Assembly: GCA_050011565.1 (NCBI GenBank)
Contig: JBEKIW010000003.1
Location: forward strand, 242,383-306,382
Reading direction: 5' to 3'
Source of the DNA: Dehalococcoidia bacterium
GTDB taxonomy: Bacteria; Chloroflexota; Dehalococcoidia; GIF9; UBA5629
DNA length: 64,000 nt
Part shown: one piece after another, positions 9,508-19,914 of the stretch
Position numbering within the stretch: the first letter of the stretch is position 1
How the letters are laid out: each line of letters begins with the position of its first letter
Position numbers and translations under genes: made by a program
Notes under the pieces: model-generated
Told to the model about the DNA's origin: nothing
Database searches by the model: none
Seen by the model: only the letters and a program-made list of their open reading frames with translations

Positions 9508-9984
9508 ATGATTAGAGAGCTTTCCTACGTAGATATAGACTGCATTTATGACATCATAAACTCGGCCGCTGGCGCCTACAAGGGCATCATACCATCAGGC
9601 TGCTACCACGAGCCGTATATGCCGAAGGAAGAGCTGCAAAGGGAAATGAAGAGCATGACTTTCTTCGGCTGGGAAGAGGGGCGCAAATTGGTCGGTGTTA
9701 TGGGATTTCAGCCGGTTAAAGATGTGACGCTTATCAGGCATGCTTATGTATTACCTGACCGGCAGGGTAAGGGCGTCGGCACCAAGCTTCTCGACCACCT
9801 GAAGCAGATGACCAGGAGCAGCCAGTTGCTGGTGGGTACCTGGGCAGATGCTACGTGGGCGGTAGAATTCTATCAAAAGCAGGGCTTTAAGCTTATGCCC
9901 GATAAAGACGAGCTATTGTTGAGCTACTGGAAGATCCCCCGGCGTCAGATTGAGACCTCGGTGGTTCTGGGTATTGATTTGTAA
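9508..9984 (+). CDS. GNAT family N-acetyltransferase
   Basis: YVLPDRQGKGVGTKLL acetyl-CoA motif A; FYQKQGF. Confidence 0.88.
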   Translation: MIRELSYVDIDCIYDIINSAAGAYKGIIPSGCYHEPYMPKEELQREMKSMTFFGWEEGRKLVGVMGFQPVKDVTLIRHAYVLPDRQGKGVGTKLLDHLKQMTRSSQLLVGTWADATWAVEFYQKQGFKLMPDKDELLLSYWKIPRRQIETSVVLGIDL

Positions 9985-10039
9985 AACCCTGCCATTTGAA
10001 AAACGAAATACTTCTGGCTATATTAAGCTTTAGATATGG

Positions 10040-10477
10040 TTATGCTAATAATTGCTGGACAATCTCCGCAGCATCGCGGACAAATTTAGTGCAAAGGGTA
10101 TCGCGGAGCTTCTTATCCACAAATGTCTTCTGGCCTTCCGGCATGCTTAAATCACACCCGAGCAACTCCCGGCATACAATTGACCCGTTAAGAGACTTAA
10201 ACCTGCCCACAAACTCCCTAACCAACCGGTTAGTCTTTTCATGTGATTTTGTATCTTGAATCGTCGTCCGACCATATTTAAGGCCTATGACCATAAAGGC
10301 TCCGGTCACCGCCCCGCATGTCTCGCCCATTCGACCCATTCCCCCACCAAACGCGGCACTGACCTTTAAGGCAGTTTCGCGGTCCATACCGAACCGTCCG
10401 GCGTAAGCAGTAAGTAATGCCTGAGAGCACATAAATCCTTCATTGAAGCAAGAAACGGCTTTTTCAACTTCACTCAT
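10040..10477 (-). CDS. C-GCAxxG-C-C family putative redox protein
   Basis: CSQA, GGGMG...TCGAVTGA, CRELLG and a terminal Cys. Confidence 0.9.
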   Translation of the reverse strand: MSEVEKAVSCFNEGFMCSQALLTAYAGRFGMDRETALKVSAAFGGGMGRMGETCGAVTGAFMVIGLKYGRTTIQDTKSHEKTNRLVREFVGRFKSLNGSIVCRELLGCDLSMPEGQKTFVDKKLRDTLCTKFVRDAAEIVQQLLA

Positions 10478-10511
10478 GTTTCAATTCCTCCCAGACATTT
10501 TTATTAGCTCG

Positions 10512-11429
10512 CTATCGGCGCTTACCCCGCTTTTTAGGCGGTATCCTGGCTTCGCAGGGTACCTTGGTCTGGCATAGCCCGCAACCCAGATAGCGACCGA
10601 TATAGCCGTCTTCTCTGCCTAACTCCTTGACTATCTCTTTCTGCCTGGTAAACAAGAACTCCAGGCACTTGTTCTTGTCGTGCCCCTGCTCGCTGATAGC
10701 ACCGGCTGGACATCGCTCGGCACAACGTCTACATGACCCATCACGGTAAAAGAGGCAGTTGGCTAAATGGTCCTTGTATACCCTTAGGCTGGGTGGGATT
10801 CTGGCGTCGGTCACCACACTGCCACAGCGCATAGCCATTCCCCTCGGTGTAATGAAGCCATCGTTCAGGCTAAAGGTCCCCAGGCCGGCAGCGTAGGCGA
10901 TATGCCTCTGTGACCAGTTGGATACATAACCGCCGGGCAGGTTCTTCAATTTAAAGAAACCAGCCAGTTCCGGCGCTACAGCCATATAGCCCATACCCTC
11001 CAGTAGTGATATCAAATAACGTGATAGTTCATCGATGAGGTGCTGACCGTGCCAGCGGGTGTGGTTCCACCTGAGTGATGGAATCATTGTTTCCTTGCGT
11101 AAGCTCAGCCGAGTCTCATACGTAACCGGCAAGACAAAAGAGATTACGCTCACTTCGGACGAACGCTTCTGAATGCCCTCTTTGGACTCGAGGTACTTTT
11201 CTAAGACCTCACGTGGAGTAAGGTGGAAATCACCTATTATCGTTTTATAGTCTCGAAATATAGCGTCATCGCCATCGGCAAAACCAACCAACGGCTCATC
11301 GAAGATGCATCCGTCGTCGAAGGACTCAAGCCGGTTTGCCGGGTTTTTCGCCACATACTCTTTAATTGCCTTTTCCAGAAAGGCAGCCGCATTCTCCTCG
11401 GATAGCACTCGATTCAATTTACTCACCAC
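10512..11429 (-). CDS. QueG/reductive-dehalogenase-superfamily 4Fe-4S protein
   Basis: WSQRHIAYAAGLG, CRRCAERCPAGAI, CGLCQTKVPCE. Confidence 0.75.
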   Translation of the reverse strand: MVSKLNRVLSEENAAAFLEKAIKEYVAKNPANRLESFDDGCIFDEPLVGFADGDDAIFRDYKTIIGDFHLTPREVLEKYLESKEGIQKRSSEVSVISFVLPVTYETRLSLRKETMIPSLRWNHTRWHGQHLIDELSRYLISLLEGMGYMAVAPELAGFFKLKNLPGGYVSNWSQRHIAYAAGLGTFSLNDGFITPRGMAMRCGSVVTDARIPPSLRVYKDHLANCLFYRDGSCRRCAERCPAGAISEQGHDKNKCLEFLFTRQKEIVKELGREDGYIGRYLGCGLCQTKVPCEARIPPKKRGKRR

Positions 11430-12390
11430 TGAAGAGCCTCCGGGGGTTTCCCACCATCAGGGTATTAATCTTGTCCTCGCTGACTCCAGCCTCTCTCAGC
11501 GCCGGGATGATGTTATTGAAAACGTGGACGTAAGACCAGTTAGCCAGAAGCGGTTTGGCAGCATCTGAAAATTCGAAGGGGCGGCCCAGCCGGTAGGCCC
11601 AGCAATCTTGAGACAGCATAATTCTATCAGCGTGGCCGATCCCAATCAGACCAATAAGGCAAGCCTTCCTCAATTTGTCCGGGAAAAGAATGTCAATACC
11701 TAACCGGTCGAAGGCTATATTCACTCCTTTTTCCAGAACGGAGAGATGATAGTTCAGGTCGGCATTGCCGCACATGTGCCCGATAACTACACGCTTGGGG
11801 TCGGCACCTTCGGAGATAAGCAGGTCAGCCTGCTCCGGCCCCATGGTTCCGGATTCGGTGTGGGTGATAATAGGCACGCCCGTTTCCTTCTGTGCCCTGG
11901 CTGCTGCCTTAAGTACCTTCTCCTCATAAGAACTTATCCTGGCATGCCCCGTGGCTACCTTGATGACACCGGCTTTAACCCCGGTATTGCCTATGCCCTG
12001 CGTAATCTCCTTAACAAGTGTCTCGCACAATTCAGTGGTGATATCATACGCCAGACTGCGAAACTTGAAATAGCCGGCCTTCCCGTATTTCTCCGTGTAA
12101 AAACCCGTAGCGCAGATAATATTGACACCCAGTTTCTCGGACACAATCTTCTGCAACTCTACATCCCTGCCCATGTCAGTGGCGGTAGCATCAACCAGCG
12201 TCTTCAAGCCGTAGCCCTTGGCTTCCCTCAAAGCCTCCACACAAGCCGCAGCGGCTGCTTCCCGGTCATAGGGCGGAGCCAGCGCATCACAATCCCACCC
12301 CAGATAAGCAAAAACTAGATGCTCGTGCATCAGGGTCACGCCCAGCTCGTCTGCGGAAACCGGACCCAGTACCGTGTTAATTTTAGCCAT
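11419..12390 (-). CDS. Phosphotriesterase-like protein (amidohydrolase, PTE family)
   Basis: TLMHEH, GVIKVAT (carboxylated Lys position), THT, IGH and SQD metal ligands; start taken at ATG 12390 (MAKINTVLG). Confidence 0.9.
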   Translation of the reverse strand: MAKINTVLGPVSADELGVTLMHEHLVFAYLGWDCDALAPPYDREAAAAACVEALREAKGYGLKTLVDATATDMGRDVELQKIVSEKLGVNIICATGFYTEKYGKAGYFKFRSLAYDITTELCETLVKEITQGIGNTGVKAGVIKVATGHARISSYEEKVLKAAARAQKETGVPIITHTESGTMGPEQADLLISEGADPKRVVIGHMCGNADLNYHLSVLEKGVNIAFDRLGIDILFPDKLRKACLIGLIGIGHADRIMLSQDCWAYRLGRPFEFSDAAKPLLANWSYVHVFNNIIPALREAGVSEDKINTLMVGNPRRLFSGE

Positions 12391-12625
12391 GAAATTACCT
12401 CTTTTTCTTGCGTTTGCGCCGGAATAGCTGCGGGGCTTCAAACATTGACGCTAAATTATATCAATTACTGAAGCAGCGCGGTAATTATTAATTTGAACAG
12501 CTTCGATCTACTTATTTTGACAGCATGAACCCCGTAGCTAAACCTTTCCAGACTCGCCACCGTTATAAGAGGATGGGAGCGGTATTCGACCTGGTGTTTA
12601 ATTAATAAAAGGGGGTGAATTCAAA

Positions 12626-13519
12626 ATGGCAATCTCCAGAGGCAGTTTATTTGCAGTTGTGGCGGTGTTGGCTATGGCTGCCATTTTAGGCAGCGCTTGC
12701 GCGGCTCCGGCACCACCACCAGTGCCACCACCAGTGCCCGAACCTAACCAGTCGCCCGTAATTTCAAAAGTAACCGCTAGCCCGGCGGAGGTAGTCTCTG
12801 GAGACAGCACGACTATCATCGCTGCTGCTGCTGACCCTGATGATGACCCACTTACCTATAGCTGGTCAGCTAGTGAGGGCACTATCACCGGTACGGGCAG
12901 TCAGGTCACCTGGGTCGCGCCAAACAATAGCGGGAGTTTTAACATAGGCGTGACTGTCAAGGATAATCGGGGCGGTCAGACGACAGGCAGCGTGACAGTT
13001 ACTGTTTCACCACCTACAAAAACAGTAACCCTCAATCCCGTTGCTTCAGAAACCGGCACCGTATACCAGAACAATGCCACTGACTATTCACGTACCATGG
13101 CTGGAGACAACGCTCAGAATGTCGGCTGTCGCGCTTGCTGGAGCTTCGATATTTCCAGCCTCGCCCACAAAGATATACAGAATGCCAGCTTGAAATTCAC
13201 CACCGGGCGTATAGTTGGCGACCCATTCTCCTACATGCCCTCATCAGGATTTGGCGGACTATGGCTGTGGCAAGACACCTACGGTTCCGGTATGCTGCCA
13301 GTTTTCGGCTATGTCGGTGCCAAGTTGATGAACACCGGACTCATATATGAGCCGCCGTCTGTCGTAGATGTCACCATAGAGGTAAAACTACCTTCTAATT
13401 TCGGGAATGATCGCTTTCAGGTTGAAGCCCTGTTCAATAAAGTAAGCAACGGTGACAATGCCGCCGAATACATTGAATGGTCCTCCGTTGTCCTCGAGGT
13501 AACCTACGCAGTCGAGTAA
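12626..13519 (+). CDS. Lipoprotein with Pro-rich linker, PKD/Ig-like domain and a C-terminal beta domain
   Basis: Lipobox LGSAC, PAPPPVPPPVPEP linker, DPDDDPLTYSW...VKDNRGG Ig-like repeat. Confidence 0.75.
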   Translation: MAISRGSLFAVVAVLAMAAILGSACAAPAPPPVPPPVPEPNQSPVISKVTASPAEVVSGDSTTIIAAAADPDDDPLTYSWSASEGTITGTGSQVTWVAPNNSGSFNIGVTVKDNRGGQTTGSVTVTVSPPTKTVTLNPVASETGTVYQNNATDYSRTMAGDNAQNVGCRACWSFDISSLAHKDIQNASLKFTTGRIVGDPFSYMPSSGFGGLWLWQDTYGSGMLPVFGYVGAKLMNTGLIYEPPSVVDVTIEVKLPSNFGNDRFQVEALFNKVSNGDNAAEYIEWSSVVLEVTYAVE

Positions 13520-13568
13520 CCTAGCTGCCGAATAGATATATTAATTGGCTTCGGTACTGTTAAATAAT

Positions 13569-13598
13569 TAGCTGCCCCCTAGAAATAGCGGGCAGCTA
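13569..13598. terminator. Hairpin between convergent genes
   Basis: TAGCTGCCC-cctagaaatagc-GGGCAGCTA inverted repeat between the lipoprotein gene and the dnaN stop. Confidence 0.55.
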
Positions 13599-13619
13599 TA
13601 ATCTTAATAACCTGTTTAG

Positions 13620-14747
13620 TTACCACTGCACGAACATCGGCATGACGACGTGGATGTAGTTGTCAGTGCCAACGGGGCGGAGCACACCGGGGCTGGAGGA
13701 AGTAGTAGTTTCCAGAGCCACCTGCTTCTCGTCGAGTACGGACAATACATCCGAGAGGTATTTGGCATTAAAGGCAATCTTGGCCGCCTCACCGTCAATT
13801 AAGGCGTCAATCTCACCCATGTTATCTCCTACTTCTTCAGCGCGGGCTGAGATATTCATTTTACCCGGTGTAAGCTCGACTCCGGGGCTTACCACCAGGC
13901 GGACAATGCCGCTGCCGTCACGTGCAAAAATGGAGGCCATCTTTATAGCACGTAAAAACTCCGCCACATCGACAACCGCCCGTGTAACGTAGCTCTGCGG
14001 TATGAGCTGCGAGTAGTTGGGGAATGCGCCCTGTATAAGCTGCGATACCATCTCAATGTTCTTGAGCTTGAACAAAATCTGGCTTTTTTGCTGGTTAACC
14101 GTAATTTCCACCGGTTCTTCCTGGTCGGTTAGAAATCGGCCTAATTCGTTCAATGCCCGCGCCGGAACAATTATGGCGGTTTTATTCTTGACCGGCGATA
14201 GCAGAGAGGTATTATGTACCGCCAACCTGAAGCCATCGGCTGCTGCCATAGCCAGCTTATCTCCGTCAAATTCCAGCTGAATGCCGGTAAGTACCGGTCG
14301 TGACTCCTCAGCGGCCGCGGCAAAGGTAACCTGGTTAATCCCATCCTTCAGTGCCTCGATTTCAATTTTGGTAGCCAGGCCGTCAGCAACCTGGGGAATG
14401 GGCGGAAAATCTTGAGCATCGAGGCCGTTGATTCTAGCCTCAAAACGAGCACATTTAAGTTGAAGGGTTCGTTGTGTAAGTGCAATGTCAATTTTATCGT
14501 TGGGGAGAGAGCTGATGAATTCGGTCAAAAGTCGGGCGGGTATGGTGATGGCGCCTTCTTCTTCTATTTTGGCGCCAAGCCAGCAGCTAATAGCTATCTC
14601 CAGATTGGTGGCGGCTAGCTTAAGGCGAGACTGGTCAGTGGCTATCAAGACATTCTGAGTAATAGGCAGGGTACTTCTAGTGGCTACAGCCCGACTAACT
14701 ATGCCTAAACCTTTACTCAGGTTTTCTTGAAGGCAGGATAGTTTCAT
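13620..14747 (-). CDS. dnaN: DNA polymerase III beta sliding clamp
   Basis: ATNLEI, SRPVLTGI, AADGFRLA, FPNY, IAFNAKYL, VVMPM; 375 aa. Confidence 0.97.
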   Translation of the reverse strand: MKLSCLQENLSKGLGIVSRAVATRSTLPITQNVLIATDQSRLKLAATNLEIAISCWLGAKIEEEGAITIPARLLTEFISSLPNDKIDIALTQRTLQLKCARFEARINGLDAQDFPPIPQVADGLATKIEIEALKDGINQVTFAAAAEESRPVLTGIQLEFDGDKLAMAAADGFRLAVHNTSLLSPVKNKTAIIVPARALNELGRFLTDQEEPVEITVNQQKSQILFKLKNIEMVSQLIQGAFPNYSQLIPQSYVTRAVVDVAEFLRAIKMASIFARDGSGIVRLVVSPGVELTPGKMNISARAEEVGDNMGEIDALIDGEAAKIAFNAKYLSDVLSVLDEKQVALETTTSSSPGVLRPVGTDNYIHVVMPMFVQW

Positions 14748-14776
14748 GTCACACCCCCCAACAGTTGTAGTGTCAA

Positions 14777-14805
14777 AGTATACGCCGCCCGCAGGGTCAA
14801 GTCAA
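14777..14805 (-). promoter_or_regulatory. sigma70-type promoter of dnaN
   Basis: TTGACT, 17 nt spacer, TATACT on the minus strand. Confidence 0.55.
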
Positions 14806-14830
14806 TCGGTTTGGCCATTGTACATTGATT

Positions 14831-14873
14831 AATTTGGATTTGTTTGGGATTTCGGATTTAGTGCTTAGTTTTT
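14831..14873. repeat. Family C AT-rich ~7-mer periodic element
   Basis: aatttggatttgtttgggatttcggatttagtgcttag; related sequence at 23576-23652. Confidence 0.6.
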
Positions 14874-14877
14874 TGAT

Positions 14878-14917
14878 GAGATTGCCACGTCCTTCAGCGG
14901 AAGGGCTCGCAATGACA
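14878..14917 (-). repeat. Family A REP-like palindrome
   Basis: GAGATTGCCACG-ccttc..gaagg hairpin-CTCGCAATGACA, the reverse of GTCATTGCGAG...GTGGCAATCTC. Confidence 0.8.
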
Positions 14918-14924
14918 TAAAGAT

Positions 14925-15383
14925 CTATTCAAGCCTGATTGTACCGCTTTTACCGCCGCTTTTCCTGACCAGGCGGATGTTGTCCAGGCGCAAAGTCTGG
15001 TCTACCGTTTTGCACATATCGTATATAGTCAGCCCGCTAACGGCGACGGCAGTTAAGGCTTCCATCTCAAATCCCGTCTTGCCGCTGCCCTTTACCGTTG
15101 CCGTGATTTCCACCGCCGAGGCTTTATCATCTAAAGAGAATTCAATATTTACGTCTTCGATAAGCAGCGGATGGCACAGCGGTATGAGCCGATGAGTTTC
15201 TTTAGCCGCCATGATGCCGGCAACACGCGCTGCCGCCAGAACGTCACCTTTGGGCAACTTACCCTTTTTAAGCAAACTCAAAGTTGCCGCCTGCATCAAT
15301 ACCTTTCCTCTGGCTACCGCCTGTCTGGAGGTAATCGGCTTTCCCCCGACATCTACCATCCGAATATCCGAAGATGAACTCAT
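14925..15383 (-). CDS. moaC: Cyclic pyranopterin monophosphate synthase
   Basis: RMVDVGGK, KGDVL, LIPLCHPL, TGFEMEAL, IYDMCK, KSGGKSG. Confidence 0.97.
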   Translation of the reverse strand: MSSSSDIRMVDVGGKPITSRQAVARGKVLMQAATLSLLKKGKLPKGDVLAAARVAGIMAAKETHRLIPLCHPLLIEDVNIEFSLDDKASAVEITATVKGSGKTGFEMEALTAVAVSGLTIYDMCKTVDQTLRLDNIRLVRKSGGKSGTIRLE

Positions 15384-15384
15384 A

Positions 15385-16401
15385 TCAACCTCCCACCTGT
15401 GACATTAAACGTTTTTTGGAAGCTCTGCCCTGGGATAGTTCATGCTTCTGCGGCTTCTCTTGAATAGCCTCGGTGATGACTTTTTTCAGCTCCCGGGGTG
15501 AGGCCCCGCTACGCACCGGCTGGCGGAGGTCAATTTCACGGTCACTGAGCAGGCAGGGACGGAGCTTGCCTTCGGCAGTAAGACGGAGGCGATTACAACT
15601 AAAGCAAAAGTGCTGGCTGACCGGCGCGATGAAGCCAATGGTACCTCTGGCTTGCGGAAGGCGGAAGTATTTGGCCGGACCGTTTCCCGTTATGGGCAGG
15701 CTGGGCTCCAGCTTCCCCAAGATTTGGAGACGTTCTTTAATTTCGTCAACCGAGACGAAGGCAGGATGAAGGTTAGCTTTGTCTCCTATCGAATGACCGT
15801 CAGGAGGGTTATCGATGGCAAATGGCATTAATTCGATAAAACGTACGTGCCAGCCTTCAGCTGTAGTTAATCTGGCAAAATCCATAACCTCATCATCATT
15901 TATACCTCGCATTACCACCATATTGACCTTGACTGGATTCAGCCCGCAGGCCTTAGCCGCCTCAATGCCCTGCAGCACATCGCTCAGCCTATCCTGACGG
16001 GTGATGCGCTCGAACTTGGCTCGACTTAAAGAGTCCAGGCTGACATTTACCCGTTTTAAACCGGCCCGTTTAAGCTCAGCCGCATACTGCTTAAGCAGAA
16101 CCCCATTGGTAGTCAGTGAGATATCATCGATGCCGTCAATTCCAGCCAGCATGGCCACCAGTTCACTCAGCCTGGCTCTGACCAGCGGCTCACCGCCGGT
16201 AAGCCTGACTTTATTAATGCCAAGCTCTGCAGCCAGACCGGCAACTCTGGCAATCTCCTCATAAGTCAGGACCTCTCCTTGAGGCAGCAGGGCAATGCCT
16301 TCTGGCGGCAGGCAGTAGATGCAGCGCAGGTTGCAGCGGTCGGTCACCGAGATACGGAGGTAGTTTATGGGACGGTTGAAAGGGTCGGAAAGACCGGTCA
16401 T
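15385..16401 (-). CDS. moaA: GTP 3',8-cyclase
   Basis: YLRISVTDRCNLRCIYC, FCFSCNRLRLTAEGKLRPCL, C-terminal GG. Confidence 0.97.
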   Translation of the reverse strand: MTGLSDPFNRPINYLRISVTDRCNLRCIYCLPPEGIALLPQGEVLTYEEIARVAGLAAELGINKVRLTGGEPLVRARLSELVAMLAGIDGIDDISLTTNGVLLKQYAAELKRAGLKRVNVSLDSLSRAKFERITRQDRLSDVLQGIEAAKACGLNPVKVNMVVMRGINDDEVMDFARLTTAEGWHVRFIELMPFAIDNPPDGHSIGDKANLHPAFVSVDEIKERLQILGKLEPSLPITGNGPAKYFRLPQARGTIGFIAPVSQHFCFSCNRLRLTAEGKLRPCLLSDREIDLRQPVRSGASPRELKKVITEAIQEKPQKHELSQGRASKKRLMSQVGG

Positions 16402-17006
16402 AGCTTCACTTTTTCTGCGAGTTGCCCAAGTATGCGATATGCCTCACGGGCCGCTTTGCCACGGTGACTGATTTGATTTTTTATGTCTAAGGGCAGCTCG
16501 GCCATAGTTTTCTTATAATCAGAAAGATAAAAAACCGGGTCATAGCCGAACCCGTTTTCACCTCTGGGTTCCAAAGTAATTAAGCCCGGACATTCTCCAT
16601 GACACAGCTCTATTCTTCCCTCGGGAGTCGCTATGGCGATAACACATTTGAAATGGGCAGTCCGATTCTCTAAAGGTACCCCCTTCAACCTCGCCAGAAG
16701 ATGTTCAATCCTGTCTTTATCGCCGGCTGCTTCTCCGGCAGCGCGAGCCGACCGGATACCCGGCTCGCCACCCAGGACATCAACTTCCAGCCCGGAATCG
16801 TCAGCCAGTGTAATGACGCGACTCGCCTTGGCGTAAGCGTTAGCTTTTACGCTGGCGTTCTCCTCGTAGCTGAGACAGTTCTCCTCCACAGCTATGTCCA
16901 TACCTTCCTCATCCGGTGTCACCAGTTCGAATGGCAGACCGCTCAGTAGACTTCGATATTCGCGGATTTTTCCCCGGTTAGTGGTCGCCAGTAACAGCTT
17001 GGTCAT
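16398..17006 (-). CDS. rdgB: Non-canonical purine NTP pyrophosphatase (Ham1 family)
   Basis: ATTNRGK, ADDSGL, GFGYDP, KNQISHRG. Confidence 0.95.
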   Translation of the reverse strand: MTKLLLATTNRGKIREYRSLLSGLPFELVTPDEEGMDIAVEENCLSYEENASVKANAYAKASRVITLADDSGLEVDVLGGEPGIRSARAAGEAAGDKDRIEHLLARLKGVPLENRTAHFKCVIAIATPEGRIELCHGECPGLITLEPRGENGFGYDPVFYLSDYKKTMAELPLDIKNQISHRGKAAREAYRILGQLAEKVKL

Positions 17007-17024
17007 TTTCTTAATAGCAACTTA

Positions 17025-17060
17025 TTCCTCTCCCCTCTAGGGAGAGGTTAGGTGAGGAGG
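17025..17060 (+). repeat. Family B REP-like palindrome
   Basis: CCTCTCCC-ctcta-GGGAGAGG followed by ttaggtgagg; copies at 24557 and 24961. Confidence 0.7.
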
Positions 17061-17069
17061 GTTCCGCTT

Positions 17070-18164
17070 CTAAACCTTCTTGAATCTTCCCTTAAGCTTC
17101 TTCATCACCTCGGGCATGGTAGTATATTCCATCTCGTCCAGTGGCAGGCGATGGGGTTCAAAAGGCCCGTGATGCCGTAGTATATCAGCAATGATATTGG
17201 CTTCTGCGCGGGCATTGTCGAAAGCCGGGTCATCGAACATATCGCGAGGTCCAATCAGCATGCCTCTGGCAAGCTGAAAACCGGCGGCAATAACTCTGGG
17301 CGGACCATCAAAACGTGAGGGGTTACTATCCCTAACGGCTACCGGCATCAATGGACCGTTATGTGAACCTCTCATCCAGCCTTCCACGATGTGCGGGTGG
17401 GCAAAAGGCTCCAATATCTCGCCTACGGCGGGGAAGTGACCCTGGGAGCGGACGATGCACACCGGGTCGTCTTTGCCGACGTATCGGCCAGCCATACGGG
17501 AGAGTCTCTGTGTCGACGAGGCCGCTGCTATTTGGCCGCTCTCCCGGTGGTATACATTTTTAACAGCAAATCGGCTGGGCGCACCTATAAAAACCAGCAT
17601 ATCGTAGATTTCCTCAGGTGTATTAAATACTATCTTCTTGCTATCCTTAACATCATGGACCTCGAAAGAAAAACCGCCATGCATATTTGCAGCGATGACC
17701 AGGCCGATGGTGTTAAACGGGTCGGCGAAGATTTTGTATAGCGGCAGGTTCCAGGCACCTGAGGCTGTTTTGTCCGCCATGAAAATGATAATCGTCTCGG
17801 CCTCTCGTTCCTCAATTTCCATCTCAGCCACCCCGGGCCCCATACCCTTTACGTTTCCCGAAAAGGCGTCAGCCAGCAAGTCTTGACCGGCACCATGCAG
17901 CTTAAGCTTCTTGGCTATTTTGGTGCAGTCGACGAAGGTATCCCACGCCAGCTTGTGTACCTTCTCGCTATCCTCTCCATGCCGGTGCGTCATGATTAGC
18001 TGGAGGTCGTCACCGCAACGGGTAACATGATAGTCCATCAGGAACCCGGACTTCTTAGCCGCTGCCATACATTTTTCAGCTTTGTCCAGCACCTCCGGAT
18101 GCGAGCTGGAGTGGCCCACATAGCCGCCGATGTCAGCCTTGATCACGCTTAAAGTTAGCTTCAT
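17070..18164 (-). CDS. fbp: Bifunctional fructose-1,6-bisphosphate aldolase/phosphatase (class V)
   Basis: SVIKADIGG, GDDLQL, GAGQDLL, ADKT, DPFNT, YVGKDDP, FDGPP, EYTT. Confidence 0.95.
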   Translation of the reverse strand: MKLTLSVIKADIGGYVGHSSSHPEVLDKAEKCMAAAKKSGFLMDYHVTRCGDDLQLIMTHRHGEDSEKVHKLAWDTFVDCTKIAKKLKLHGAGQDLLADAFSGNVKGMGPGVAEMEIEEREAETIIIFMADKTASGAWNLPLYKIFADPFNTIGLVIAANMHGGFSFEVHDVKDSKKIVFNTPEEIYDMLVFIGAPSRFAVKNVYHRESGQIAAASSTQRLSRMAGRYVGKDDPVCIVRSQGHFPAVGEILEPFAHPHIVEGWMRGSHNGPLMPVAVRDSNPSRFDGPPRVIAAGFQLARGMLIGPRDMFDDPAFDNARAEANIIADILRHHGPFEPHRLPLDEMEYTTMPEVMKKLKGRFKKV

Positions 18165-18192
18165 TTTGCCCCCTTTTTATTTTTAATTTGCC

Positions 18193-18227
18193 ATTTTGCA
18201 TTTTGATATTTTATTTTTGACTTTTAA
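18193..18227. repeat. Degenerate heptamer tandem repeat
   Basis: attttgc attttga tatttta tttttga cttttaa. Confidence 0.5.
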
Positions 18228-18234
18228 GTTATCT

Positions 18235-19911
18235 TTACACCAGTGCCGGCAGCCGGTATTCCCCAAACGCTTTCCGCAGCACGCCGCAGACTTCACCCAG
18301 AGTTGCATAGGCGTTTACCGCTTCAAGAAGATAGGGCATCAGATTTTCATTGCCCTGGGCAGCCTGTTTTAGCGCCTCCAGCTTTACCGAAACCAGTTCA
18401 TTATCCCTCTCGCGGCGCAATCTGCTGAGCCGCTCCAGCTGCCGTTTCTCGCCCTCTTTATCCATCTCCAGAATTGGAATCGTTACCGGCTCATCAGTGG
18501 CATATTCATTGACGCCGACAACGATACGCTTTTTATTTTCTATTTCTTTTTGGTAGCGATAAGCCGAGTCAGAGATTTCTCTATGAAAGAAGCCGGCTTC
18601 GATAGCTGGTATAACGCCGCCTAAAGAATCTATTTTGGCAAAATACTCATATACTGTCTTCTCCGTCTTATTGGTCAGGCATTCAATGAAATAGCTGCCG
18701 CCAAGCGGGTCAATAGTATTAGCCACTCCGCTTTCGTGGGCGATAATTTGCTGAGTACGCAGAGCAATGGTCACCGCTCTTTCCGAAGGTAATGCCAGTG
18801 CTTCGTCCATAGAGTTGGTATGCAGCGATTGTGTCCCGCCTAGAGCCGCAGCCAGTGCCTGAATAGTGGTACGGACGATGTTGTTCTCGGGCTGCTGGGC
18901 ACTGAGTGAGCAGCCTGCCGTCTGAGTATGAAAGCGAAGCCATTGGGAGCGTTCACCGCCGTTAAACCGCTCTTTCATTTCCCGCGCCCAGATGCGGCGG
19001 GCGGCACGGAACTTGGCTATCTCCTCAAAGAAATCATTATGGCAATTAAAGAAGAAGCTGAGCCTGGGAGCAAAATCATCTACCTTTAGTCCGCGGTCGA
19101 TGCCCGCCTGAACATATGCCAGACCATCGGCCAGGGTGAAAGCTAGCTCCTGAACGGCAGTGGCGCCGGCTTCACGTATATGGTAGCCGCTGATGCTGAC
19201 GGTATTCCAGCGCGGCACCTTTTTCATGCCATATTCGAAAGTGTCAACGATAAGACGCATAGAAGGCTTGGGCGGGAAGATAAAAGCGTTCTGAGCCATA
19301 TATTCTTTAAGAATGTCATTCTGTATGGTGCCGCCAAGTTTATCCAGCGGAACTCCTCGTCTCTGGGCATTAGCCAGATACATAGCCCAGATAACCGCTG
19401 CCGGCCCGTTTATGGTCATAGAAGTGGTTATCTCATCGACTGGAATGCCGTCGAACAATATCTCCATGTCAGCCAGGGAAGAAACAGCCACGCCGCATTT
19501 GCCAAATTCCCCCTTTGCCTCAGGTGCATCCGAATCGTAGCCGTTTAAAGTGGGGAAGTCGAAGGCAACGCTCAGCCCGGTTTCCCCGTGCTTAAGTAGA
19601 TACTTGTAGCGGGCATTGGTCTCTTCGGCACAGCCGAAGCCGGCAAACATGCGCATCGTCCACAGCTTGCCTCTATAGCCGGAATAATGAACGCCGCGGG
19701 TATACGGATATTCGCCGGGAAAGCCAAGGTCCCTCAAAAAGTCTGTGCCAGCAATGTCAATTGGTGTGTAGAGGCGCTCGATAGGAACGCCGGAGGCAGT
19801 AACAAAGGAATCCTGTCTTTCCTCAAAACATTGAGCTCGGGCATGCCACCGGCTGGCTTTTTTCTCTAAATCATCTGATTTTCGCGGCTCCGGTTTACCC
19901 ATATTCCTCAA
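18235..19911 (-). CDS. B12-dependent acyl-CoA mutase large (substrate-binding) subunit with isobutyryl-CoA mutase-type residues
   Basis: [45 protein letters not shown]; WTMRMFAGF and KEYMAQ; no B12-binding DxHxxG domain. Confidence 0.9.
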   Translation of the reverse strand: MRNMGKPEPRKSDDLEKKASRWHARAQCFEERQDSFVTASGVPIERLYTPIDIAGTDFLRDLGFPGEYPYTRGVHYSGYRGKLWTMRMFAGFGCAEETNARYKYLLKHGETGLSVAFDFPTLNGYDSDAPEAKGEFGKCGVAVSSLADMEILFDGIPVDEITTSMTINGPAAVIWAMYLANAQRRGVPLDKLGGTIQNDILKEYMAQNAFIFPPKPSMRLIVDTFEYGMKKVPRWNTVSISGYHIREAGATAVQELAFTLADGLAYVQAGIDRGLKVDDFAPRLSFFFNCHNDFFEEIAKFRAARRIWAREMKERFNGGERSQWLRFHTQTAGCSLSAQQPENNIVRTTIQALAAALGGTQSLHTNSMDEALALPSERAVTIALRTQQIIAHESGVANTIDPLGGSYFIECLTNKTEKTVYEYFAKIDSLGGVIPAIEAGFFHREISDSAYRYQKEIENKKRIVVGVNEYATDEPVTIPILEMDKEGEKRQLERLSRLRRERDNELVSVKLEALKQAAQGNENLMPYLLEAVNAYATLGEVCGVLRKAFGEYRLPALV

Positions 19912-19914
19912 CCT

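Noticed and set aside
10512-11429. Respiratory reductive dehalogenase
   Set aside because: Too short, with no Tat signal and no rdhB anchor gene; only superfamily similarity is supported
13620-14830. Replication origin near dnaN
   Set aside because: No dnaA gene and no cluster of TTATCCACA boxes in the flanking spacers
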